DNA of 55,258 nucleotides, the filler included, from Sphacelaria rigidula (taxonomy: Eukaryota): assembly GCA_964200075.2 (NCBI GenBank). It is 4 parts of 4 records of this genome, joined end to end, with 100 filler letters (N's around TTAATTAATTAA, not from the genome) between each part and the next. Parts side by side here need not be neighbours in the genome. Positions count along the whole stretch, not along the records: positions 27,682 to 41,420 come from CAXNAA020002694.1; 3 more parts are not named here. One strand, written 5' to 3'. The translations under genes and the position numbers were made by a program. The notes beneath the pieces are model-generated. The model ran no database searches and was not told the origin of the DNA. It saw only the letters and a program-made list of their open reading frames with translations. Position 1 is the first letter of the stretch. Every line of letters starts with the position of its first letter. Positions 27,582-37,408 of this stretch are shown piece by piece.

Positions 27582-27681
27582 NNNNNNNNNNNNNNNNNNN
27601 NNNNNNNNNNNNNNNNNNNNNNNNNTTAATTAATTAANNNNNNNNNNNNNNNNNNNNNNNNNNNNNNNNNNNNNNNNNNNN
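27582..27681. other. Artificial contig spacer
   Basis: Same N/TTAATTAATTAA linker. Confidence 0.97.
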
Positions 27682-27890
27682 AAGGGTCACGAAGAAAGTG
27701 GTTATACAGCGCCTGATGTTTGGGTTCAGGCTGCATGAAGCGCCTCATATGAGCGACATCGGCGAAAACGAACCCAAGCGTGGGAATTCCCAGCTGCTCG
27801 TTGTGTTCGGCTTTTTTCATTTCGATTTACGTGTACATTTGGCCTCCCAAAATTAGCCACTTTTTTTTTCTGGGGGGGGCTATCGTAGCA
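27682..27890. repeat. Dispersed repeat at contig start, homologous to 41615-41825
   Basis: Both read GTCACGAA.AAA.TGGT.ATACAGCGCCTGATGTTTGG.TTCAGG.TGCATG.AGCGCCTCATATG...GGGAATTCCCAGCTGCTCGTTGTG; both lie near contig ends. Confidence 0.85.
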
Positions 27891-28521
27891 AGTGTCCCGA
27901 GCTTTCAGCCGTCCAGCTTCTGCTAAACGCATATGGACTAGGATCAACAGGACCCTCTACCCCTGAAAAAAATGCATCGGTGATATCGCGGCGACAACAA
28001 AAAGAGAAAGATTGGGGGTCCGAACTCTGTATCGTCGAGTTCCTTAACAACCTCGTGTCATCATTTCAGGCCCCATCTGGAAAAAAGTGAGCTGTGCGCG
28101 TGGCGTCATATTGCCGAATCTTCGAACTATTGGCCGGTCCAGCTTGTAGTGAACGCACATGAGCTAAGGATCGATATCGCATGGAAGGTAGAAACGTATC
28201 CCACGCATACACTAGACTACGGCAAACCTTCGAATCATCGCCAGAGGCGCGTATCGATTGAGTATGCTTCCGGCGTTTGATAGCACCGACGTAACCTTTA
28301 ACCTATTCTGTTTTTCTTCGCTTTTCTTCAGCGAGTGTTTCACCTTTGTCTTTCATCTCGGGTGCGTTCATCATGTGGATTATGACTACGACTGGACCCC
28401 TGGGGGGGGGCAGTGAGAGCGCAACAATCAATCGATCAGTCAAAATCAACCAGCCTCTGTAGTGGGATCATAGGCACATATAGACGGGGAGACCCAACAC
28501 TCACATTGGAGTATGACTCAC

Positions 28522-28692
28522 CTGTAAATCGTCGTGAGGAGAGGGAACCTGTGAGCGCACTTTCGGCGCTTGATGGCACCGAAAGCCTCGTGCGCGGTGC
28601 TCGGTCCCTGGAGCTTCATGCCCCCCAGTTCCTCATCCTCCAGCTGTTCCCACGATCGCTTTCCGGATTCCCTAGCGAACATCTCGGCACAT
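28522..28692 (-). CDS. GPD1: Glycerol-3-phosphate dehydrogenase [NAD+], near-terminal exon (CAEMFARESGKRSWEQLEDEELGGMKLQGPSTAHEAFGAIKRRKCAHRFPLLTTIY-R)
   Basis: S...LE.E.L.G.KLQG..T and FPL.T.IY motifs of eukaryotic GPD1. gtcAG acceptor and GTgagt donor; 171 bp; in phase. The N-terminal exons and the last exon were not found on this contig. Confidence 0.93.
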
Positions 28693-28761
28693 CTGACGGA
28701 ACGCACACGCGTAGGCACAATACACACGTACGCAGGGGGTGGGTGGGGCGGAGGACGGGAA

Positions 28762-29280
28762 GGGGGGGGGCGTACTCATTTGTTGCTTGCCTTCGTCGTT
28801 TGACCATTGGCCACGCATCCCTTTCGAGACGGAGCACCGTCCCTACTCCAAATAGAGACACCTCCAATATTTCGGTGCTCATTACGTTTCTTTCATACAC
28901 TAAACTTTTATTTTTAACATATATTATCCCCATCCTGTTTCGCTCCCCTGTGGCCACCACCTATCTCCGCCGGGTTTTCGCCGGACCAGGCTCGCGATCG
29001 ATCACCAAACTCGCAACGCCGTGATGTGTTCGGCGAGTCGCATGAAGGGTGAGCTGCATCCTGCTAAGATTGTTCGGCCCCGAAGCGTACCGATTATCTT
29101 GCATATGGATGACAGCCTCCAATAAGTTGCTTCATTTTCTGGTATTGCCACTCCTAGAGACAGCCACGGGTTCCACACACTACCTCACAGGTGTCTCACC
29201 AGGGGGTGGAGGGGTACTCATTTGTTGCTTGCCTCAGTCGTTTGACCATTGATCACGCATCCTTTTCGAGACGGGGCAAA
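28762..29280 (+). mobile_element. Repeat family R copy with ~75-bp direct terminal repeats, in a GPD intron
   Basis: 28762-28840 and 29203-29278 both read GGGG..GTACTCATTTGTTGCTTGCCT...TCGTTTGACCATTG..CACGCATCC.TTTCGAGACGG. The body matches 31305-31615 (+), 32960-33250 (-) and 33400-33690 (-). Confidence 0.8.
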
Positions 29281-29430
29281 ACCCGGCTTAGGGGAGGGGG
29301 AGAATACAAAAATGAAACGGTGACGAAATAAACGCAAAACGAACCTGAGCAACAACAAAACAAAAACAAAAAAGAGAGAGAAAAAGGCACGTAACGAAGC
29401 AAGCCAAACAAGGAGGCTTCATTTGCTCAC

Positions 29431-29541
29431 TTGCGGTTGCGGCTGTTGCCGTAGCATGTAGTCATGAGGTCCCCGATGCCGCAGCTTTCCATGAAGGCTT
29501 TAGAAGACGCTGTTGCGTCGAAACTGCTGTCGTACCTCATC
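29431..29541 (-). CDS. GPD1: Glycerol-3-phosphate dehydrogenase [NAD+], next exon (MRYDSSFDATASSKAFMESCGIGDLMTTCYGNSRNR-K)
   Basis: F.ESCG.GDL.TTC....RNR motif. tgcAG acceptor and GTgagc donor; 111 bp; phase matches the previous exon (AG+G=Arg) and the next (AA+A=Lys). Confidence 0.95.
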
Positions 29542-30854
29542 CTGCAGTTCACACCAGAGTCGGATACACGTGCACAGTAAATCCCGGGATAAAAAATGAT
29601 ACGGTTCAGAAAATCGCGCAGGTGGTCAGGGGTGGGTCGGGCATATTCTCTCCTAGGGCGGTCAAGCACCTTCGCAGATGCTTTCCCTACGTCGCCCACT
29701 TTCCCCTCGAATAACATAGTTACTGTCTAGGTTTTGGGTCAATTGGTGTTTCTTCAAACTGATTTCACCACGTGCTGCCAGATTTTTTGTTGTGACTTAT
29801 TGTTGATGTGTGTTATCATCATGTGGTATCATCATGTATGCATGTATGTATGCATGCATTGATTACTTGATGGTTGATTGACTGTTTATCGCACTTCAAC
29901 TGAACACCCATGAGTCCAGTCGTGCGGCGTGGTCGTATGATAGACGTACCCAAGACAAAACAAAACTTAAACACTCGCTCAAGAAAAGAAGGAATCCATG
30001 CATGCATGTATGTATGTATCATCACTACTATTTTGTCACATGAAATTGAAGCGCTCATTTGAGCCGTTTCTTCTGAGACACTCCAAGAAACAAAAAAAAA
30101 GATGAAACAAAACAGTAAGAGAGATACGTCACGGAAAGAAAAAAAGAGGAAAAACCTCACCCCGACTTGGTCGGAGTCATATCCCACCTGTGCTAAAGAC
30201 ACTTCGCACACGCCATGCATGTACTACTCAAGACTCACTCTTAACTGACAACGGGTCTGAGGGCTTCGGGGCGCATGTGTTTCTATAAAAAAAAACTAGC
30301 GAACGCGTCACATGCACACTATGCACACTATGCACATACTGCACAGAACGAATCTTTTTGGCACACACACACACAGGAAGCGATAACCTCCAGGTTCCTG
30401 CGAAGCGGTCCTTCCCCTCTCCACCACATGAGACGTCGCTGTCTCTCGCATTTTGCGCATCCCATTTCCCTTACCCAAGAATACTCTCACCCTCTACTAC
30501 TGCAACTTCTTCTCGTGCGCATGTGAAGGGCGCGTTCCCGATGTTCCCAGGGTTCCGAAACATCGATTACCCGTGGGAAACTTCCACGAAGGGTGTGCCC
30601 CCCCACCAATTACCCAGTCAGCTTTTTTGCCAACTTCGGCCCAACCAGAGGGATCAACCAACCTTGTAGGGCAAATAACCCGAATATATTTTGCTCTACA
30701 TACATCGAAGAACTTGGATTCAACTGGGACATGGATATAGCCCTCCCACGCGCACGTCTTCTCTATGGAAGCATGCTGTACTTTTCTGCGGGCAAAATTG
30801 CCGCTGCGCCCCGGTGGTTACTGTAATAACCGAAACCGTTAGGGTGGAAATAAC

Positions 30855-31066
30855 CAGGGCTGTACACGTTACACGTGCCATAGCGTTACACGTTACGTTC
30901 ACGTTACGTGTTGGCCGAAACGTAACGTGAACGTTGATTTCTTTTCACGTTGTGAACGTAACGTGAACGTAACATTAAACTTTCAAATGAAACGTTAACG
31001 TAACGTTAATTTTTTTTCACGTGATGAACGTGACGTGAACGTGAACATGTAGCGTGTATAACCCTG
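30855..31066. mobile_element. hAT MITE, 212 bp, perfect 8-bp TSD
   Basis: GAAATAAC|CAGGGCTGTACACG...CGTGTATAACCCTG|GAAATAAC; interior built of AACGT/ACGTT motifs. Confidence 0.93.
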
Positions 31067-31304
31067 GAAATAACACGGGTTCGATCCCTCCCAAAGACGC
31101 ATCTAGTTTGGCTCTCTCATGGAGAAATCTGCTTTCTGTCGTTGAGGGCGTGGCGACATGAGTATTTTAGTATTATAGTAGCAAAAATAGTTCTTGTTTG
31201 ACTGTTGTTTGACTGAGTTCGTTTGACGAGAGTGGACGAGGTGCGTCAGTGCTTGTGGTCATGGTCCATTCCGCGAGACTGAAATGCAAGGCGTGTGCCG
31301 GTGG

Positions 31305-31616
31305 GATGGGGTGTACTCATGATCTTGCATGCTGTCATCATCTGACCATTGACCTCACATCCCTACAAAGCCGAGACGGAGCATGCCAGAGTTTCGCCGT
31401 ATCAGCCTTGCACTCAATCACAAGCGCGAAGCACTGGGATTTGTTCGGCGAGCCCCATGAAGGATGAGTGGATCCTGCTAGGATTGTCCGGCCCGGAGCG
31501 TACTGATTGTCTTACATTTGGATGATGACAACCTCCAATGAGTTGCTTCATTTTCTGGTATCGTCACTTCCAGAGATAGCCACGGTTTACACACTGCCTC
31601 ATGGGTGTCTCACCAT
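31305..31616 (+). mobile_element. Repeat family R copy
   Basis: Shares GTACTCAT...GAGACGGAGCA...GTTCGGCGAG...GAGTTGCTTCATTTTCTGGTAT...GGTGTCTCACCA with the other copies. Confidence 0.8.
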
Positions 31617-32473
31617 TGAAAAACTACGTGGCCCGATTATGCCCTTTGCGCGGTACAGAAGTTCTCCCACCCCGCACAATATGATCTAGCTCAGCCACCA
31701 TCGTGGTTATCGCAAGGAAAACGAAAGTGCGCAAGGAAAAAAAACAGTATCCTGGCGTGCTTTACAGCGTCATTGCCACGCGACGTCAACCCCATAGGGG
31801 TTCCGTCCCTACCAAGCCGGCAGGGAGCACGCTGGGTTCTCACCGGACCAAGGGGGAAATGGGTTGATCCCTTGAGGCCACGAATTCGTCCTCGAGGAAG
31901 GGGAAGGGTTAAAGTTACAAGTGCCATGAGAAAAAAAAGAGGAAAAAAAATAGCGTTGTCATCACGCGCACACATTGTATGCTACAGTGAGTAGGTCGGG
32001 GCCTGTACAGAGCGATAGTTGTGTTCAACCTTTCTGCATAGGTCACCATAGTAAATTGCATCCAAAAACTACCCCTGTACTAACGAAAAGAGCCTCATGA
32101 CTACAAAACCCTTCCACCCGCAAAATTATATAATCTTTATTAAGGTCGAGGTTTGACTGGCAGCACTCTCCGGCTGACGCGCGGGTCTGAGCGACGTGCG
32201 CGAGAAAACATGGTTTGCACCGAAGTGGGCCAAGCACCCGGGAGCGAGGGCATGTCGGGTGTTCTTCCAGTGCTTCCAAATGAATGGTGCTATATAGGTC
32301 TCAAGATTGTATCAACGGGCTGAAGCACATTTCGTACTTTCCTTTACGTTTCCCCTTCTGTGCTCGAGTTTCCCGTGGGTAGGCACGTTCACATTCCGAC
32401 CACGGCTGGAATCGTCGCATATCAGTTACTGTGCGACGAGCAATAGCTCACTGTGCAAACAGGCAAGACGTAC

Positions 32474-32631
32474 CTTTCGGCAAAGAGACGCATCTCGGCG
32501 AGACCCGTGCGAACGATGGCGGCCTTGGTGTTTCCGCCGTACCCTAACCCATCGCAGAAAGCCGCGCCCAAGGCAACCACGTTTTTCAACGCGCCGCACA
32601 GCTCTACGGTAGCGGGAGCGTTGCGTACAAC
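32474..32631 (-). CDS. GPD1: Glycerol-3-phosphate dehydrogenase [NAD+], internal exon ([53 protein letters not shown])
   Basis: Hallmark motif [17 protein letters not shown]...G.NTKAAI.R.GL.EM of the NAD_Gly3P_dh C-terminal domain, including the catalytic Lys of ALKN. cacAG acceptor and GTacgt donor on the minus strand; 158 bp, starts in phase 0 and ends with 2 nt of a codon. Confidence 0.95.
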
Positions 32632-32879
32632 CTGTGCGCAATGGTAGTCAATGTTGCCAAAAATGGTCAAGATAGCAGTAAGACGTGGGACGAAAAGCAA
32701 CGGGAACGAGCGAGCACGCGAAAAAATGAATCTCCGTTGCGGAGGGGAGGGGGACGTCTCGACGTGGAAACAAATTATTGTTTTTTTGTTCAATAAACGC
32801 AAGAAACACACGCAAGTTGATTTTTTGCTCTTTTCCGCGCCTGACAATCTCTCGTCCCGCCCCCCCTCCACCCCCTCCC

Positions 32880-33700
32880 TGGTGAGGCACCGTCTCGAAA
32901 GGGGCGCGTGGCCAACGGTCGGACGACTGTGGCAAGCAACAAATGAGTACGCCCCGCCCCCCTGGTGGGACACCCATGGGGCAGTGAGTAACCCGTGATC
33001 GTCTATGGACATGGTGATAAGAAATGAAACAACTCATCGGATGCTGTCATCCATTTTCAAGATAATCAGTAGGCTGCGGACCGAACACTCTTGGCAGGAC
33101 CCACCCTTCATGAGACTCGCCGAATACATCACGGCCCTGCGCGCTTGGTGATTGCTAGCCCGGTCCGGCGAAAACCCGGCGTGCTCCGTCCAGGTCTAAA
33201 GGAATGCGAGGTCAATGGCCGATGACCACGACATGGAAAATCATGGGTGCACCCCCCCCCTCCCCCCGCCACCTTGTGAGGGTTGGCGTTCGTTCGCAAC
33301 GATGCTGTCGATCATGCCACTCACTGCGTAAGCTAAGCAACCAGGTTACCGTTTTTCCCTCACCTACGTTTTTTCCCGTCGACCATGATGGTGGTCGTGC
33401 TAGACGATATATGGTGAGACACCCTTGAGGCAGCGTGTAGCCCATGACTGTCTTTGGGAGTGACGAATACCAGAAAACAAAGCAACTTATTCGCGGCTGT
33501 CATCCACATGCAATCTTAGCAGGATGCAGGTCAGTCCTCACGCAACTCGCCGACTAGATCACAGCGCTTTGCACGTGGTGATTGCGAGCCTGGTCCGGCC
33601 AACACTCAGCGTGCTCCGTCTCGGCTTTGTACGCATGCGAGGTCAACGGTCTTTTGACAACGAGATCATGAGTACACCTCTCCTCTCCCCCCACGTATCA
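32880..33700 (-). mobile_element. Two or more repeat family R copies in reverse orientation
   Basis: Reverse complements of the family R body at ~32960-33255 and ~33410-33690, plus a head at 32880-32960. Confidence 0.78.
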
Positions 33701-34010
33701 TAAACTGACACCCGCACATCCCCCTTCCCCCCTTTCAAAATGAGATGATGGAGAGTTTCGAAAAAAGAAAAAACTCGTGATGGAGTCAGAGATCAGAGTG
33801 GAAACTTTGACACTGAAACTTCAGAGTGGGCGCTAAAAACTTCATAGCGGAAGCTGATGTGACGTGGCTTGACGTGGTTTGTTTCGTCACAGTGATTGGC
33901 CGCAGGTTGTGCCGACTCATGAGACTAGGCCGCGTCCCAAATTAGAAAGTAGCAACGGTGCACTAGAAGCCCGCCAAAGCCCCAAGGTTCGAGCCACTGC
34001 ACCTACATAT

Positions 34011-34342
34011 TTATTCATTATTAACTTATTTCATTTGTCGCACATTGAACCCCTCCCCTTCCTCGGGATGAATCCGTGGTCTCAAGGGATCAATCCATCA
34101 CTCGCCTGGTACACGCCTTGCATTTTGGTCTAGCGGATTGGGTCATGACTATCAGCACTCCCGCACCGGGTCAACTCACTTCAAACAAACTCAGCCGACT
34201 ACCTTGTTTACTCACGCTCTCACGCTTTCCACGGTAGAAATCGGACATTACGAAGGAAAAACCCAACGCATCGGGAATCGAACCCTCGTTCTCTCCACCC
34301 CACTATAATGGCGACAGTCGAACCATTACACCACCAGGGCGC
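34011..34342 (-). mobile_element. tRNA-derived SINE family A, full-length copy
   Basis: Reverse complement matches 20617-20935 end to end (TGGTGTAATGG A box, GGTTCGATTCC B box). Related 3' fragments lie at ~2025-2085 (-), 27540-27575 (-) and 31850-31950 (+). Confidence 0.85.
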
Positions 34343-34449
34343 GGCGAACCTACACGGAGAGGAATCTGTGCTATCTGGCTAGACGTTAGTAGCCAGAATT
34401 GACGCATTTGCATCGGGGGGAGGGTGAGGCGGAAAGCTTTGGCCGTGGC

Positions 34450-36545
34450 ATGGCTGCAGTTGTACCTTGCCGCCACGCTCAACATGCAGCTGAGGTTGCT
34501 AGCACACGTGGGATGAACCCACACCGTGGGGCGCTGCCGGCCGGATGACTTTGCGACCAACGAAGAGCGGAGGAATTTCGAGTGCTTCAGTGAGCAGAAC
34601 TGCACCAACTTCCTGCGTTTCAGCCGAGCTCAGGTATAATTGACGGTAGCTCCGTCGCCAGTGTGAATGATGTGGGTCGAGTTCACATTTTTCAAAAGCT
34701 CGAGCTCATGTCGACGGCAGCAGGAGGGTGCATTTCGGCGCTGATCGCCCAGCCCGCCCTATGCTTCTTCCGTCGACATCATAAAGCACGAGCCGAGCAG
34801 CAAAGCGTTTGCTTTTCGCCACCGGGCCTTTCCTTGGCAAGCTGCGGATGTAGAATGATACCGAATGGGTAACGGAACACGTCTCTCAGAGGCGGCGGCA
34901 GTGTTTCGCCCGATATACTGTCAAGACATGACTTTGATGCTGTCCGATGCGAATTCACGGTGGGTTACGAAACACCCATTCGACTCAGGAAGTAGTGTTG
35001 TATGGCAATTTTTTCAATCGCCGTTACGAAGCACGAGTCCAGCAGAATAGCGTCAGTATTTCCACTACACAGTCCTTCCGCGGTAAGCTATTTTTTCGCC
35101 AGACAGCACGCTTGCGGGTGCAGAATGACAGCGATAGGAAGACGAAATACCCCCTTCCTGAGACGGCGATGGTGGTTTGGCCTCCTAACTGTCGAAACAC
35201 GCGCTTCGTCTTGCCAGGTTGTATTTTGTTTTATAGTCAGCAGCGTGTCTTCGCACCTTCGTATTTCTTCGTCATGCTCGCGATTGTACTGCAGGTCACG
35301 CAGCTGCTGGTCCTCCTGTGCGTGCTAGAGGTGATTCGTACCGGCTGTGGATTCGTTGTCTGCGGACGAGGGGCATTCTGCGTGCAGCCGTTCAGGCTTG
35401 CTTTCCCTTGTAGATCAAAGGGATACGCGCTCAGTGCTCGGGCTGAAAGAGTCGTGTAGGTCGGAGACATTCAATTTTATGGTGCATTTCCTCGACGACA
35501 AGTGAGGGCATCTACTCAGGTTGGACGTCGCAGGCCCCAAGTCCAAGCTGACGATGTTCGCCGCAAGTGTTCAAGAGGCGAGTGCACCGCTATCGAACTG
35601 CTGAGGGAAAGCAAGCCTGAACAACAGCACGCAGAATGACGTCGATGAAAGCCCAGCAGTTCGATAGCGGTGCACCCGTCTCTTGAACAGCTGCGGCGGA
35701 CATCGCCGGCTCGGGCTTGATGCCTGCGACGTCCAAGCTGGGTAGATACCCTCACTCATCCTCGAGGAGCGCGCTATCGTCAGGTACGACTAGGGTCACG
35801 TAAGTCGACCGACACGCAGTTATAGACGCCGCGGTTCTTAGCTCTTCCGCGGGAATTTGGGTTTTGTGCGATTGTACACCGGGGTGCAGCTGTAGTGTGG
35901 CGACTGCACATGATAGCCAACGCAACAGCCCAGACTGACAAGTTGCAGTCGGAGGTCAGGGAACGGTGTTGCAAATTGAAAATCTGGCGGGACGATAGAA
36001 GAAGAAAAAACGCCGGCACTCCTCCATCGTTTCGGCCGCCAAAAGTCGGTGACCCGAACCATGCCCGCCGCTCGCAATGATTATCACCATACCGCAGCGC
36101 GCCCTCTACAACGGCCACAAGAGGTTGCATGCGTTGAAGCATCATGTGGTTGGTTACCCCCGACGGAATCATCGTCGATCTGTGGGGGCCCATGGAATGA
36201 ATGCAGCCGTCACGACGCTCACGTGTCGAACCAGTCGAGCTCGTCGACGCGTCTACAGGCCAACATGAACAGCAGTGATGGTCAACCGTATTGTGTACAC
36301 GGCGACCCCACCTATGGCATGAACAACCACTTGTTGAGCCCGTACCAAGCGGCCACCAGCGGCCCGCTCACGCCCGAGATGAAGGCGTTCCACAAGGGCA
36401 TGAGTCAGTGCCGCGTTACCGTGGAATGAGCTTTCAAGGAGATGACCGGCACGTGGGCTTTCGTGAGCATGAAGCGTCAACAAAGAGCCCTTCCTAGCCC
36501 CGGTGGGGAAGCGGTACTCAATGGCAACGCTGCTTGCTGACATGT
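34450..36545 (+). pseudogene. PIF/Harbinger (HARBI1-like, DDE_Tnp_4) transposase pseudogene with two apparent introns
   Basis: Segments: FECFSEQNCTNFLRFSRAQ|gt(~34633)...ag(~35294)|VTQLLVLLCVLEVIRTGCGFVVCGRGAFCVQPFRLAFPCR...SETFNFMVHFLDDK*GHLLRLD...APLSNC*G; then ARYRQ|gt(~35784)...ag(~36097)|RALYNGHKRLHALKHHVV..PDGIIVDLWGP...RHD...YCVHGDPTYG...LLSPY...LTPEMKAFHKGMSQCRVTVE*AFKEMTGTWAF. Contains the YNGHK, HD, GD..Y and R..VE motifs, with stops and frameshifts. Confidence 0.9.
35489..35768. repeat. Inverted duplication of transposase coding sequence (117-bp arms, 46-nt loop)
   Basis: 35489-35605 aligns without gaps to the reverse complement of 35652-35768, with 18 mismatches by manual count. 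Confidence 0.95.
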
Positions 36546-36965
36546 TCTTCGACGTCGCACGCAGATCAATCGAGGAGCGGAGAGTACCTCCGGCTTTAGG
36601 CTACAGTGACTTCTCATAGGCGGAACGCCAGCCGGTGTAACGTGGATGGATGGTACGTGTTTTTTTTGCGTATCATCACGCAGTAATGCGCCCGTCGACG
36701 TAGGCAGCGAGGTGGGAGTTGGTATTTGCTGTTGTTATCGACACCTTGTGTCGCTGGTTCGACTAGCACCGACGGATATGCATCCACACCATCATGGTTG
36801 TTTATTACAGATTCAATTCGCGGACACGTCGTGATGCTGGTATTATTGAAACGGCCGTCGTCGTATTTTAGTCTGGCTACGGTGTTTTTAACTTTATCCG
36901 TTCAAGGGTTTCCCCACCGCCGAAGAAGTCGTGGCTGTGTTTGAAATATGTCGGCGCATCGAGTA

Positions 36966-37408
36966 AACACGGGATTTCACACATTGGGGATGGATGTTTT
37001 TATTGAGGGTGAGAACCCGCAGAATTAAAATCTTCGTATCCGCACCAAATTTTTGGAATGTAGTTCCACTTCTTCACCTACTGGTAGCTATTGACAACTA
37101 CTACACGCCATGCAAATGTGGATCCTGATAACCGATATGTTGGGGTCCTACGTGAAGAAACAATCTTGGAGAATTTAGATGATCCGATCAGATCGCAAAT
37201 TCCCCCAAAGTTGTTATTCATCTAGGACCTCAATGTTTCGGTTATTGAATTCCAAATTTGTATGGCGTGTAGTAGTTGTCAAAAGCTACCAGCAAGTGAA
37301 GAAATGGAAACCATATTTCGAAGATTTGGTGTGGATACGAAGATATGAAATGTCCGGGTTTCTCATCCGCAATGAAAAATCCACCCCCAATGTGTAAAAT
37401 CCCGTGTT
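36966..37408. mobile_element. Foldback MITE with ~200-bp diverged inverted arms
   Basis: AACACGGGATTTCACACATTGGGG... pairs with ...CCCCAATGTGTAAAATCCCGTGTT. Internal blocks (TCTTCGTATCC.CACCAAAT, TGACAACTACTACACGCCAT) are mirrored. No clear TSD. Confidence 0.85.

Noticed and set aside
32422-33012. 196-aa ORF as a single-exon GPD gene (likewise 29427-29717 and 28518-28727)
   Set aside because: Only the splice-site-bounded parts are homologous to GPD; the remainder is intron or repeat read-through.
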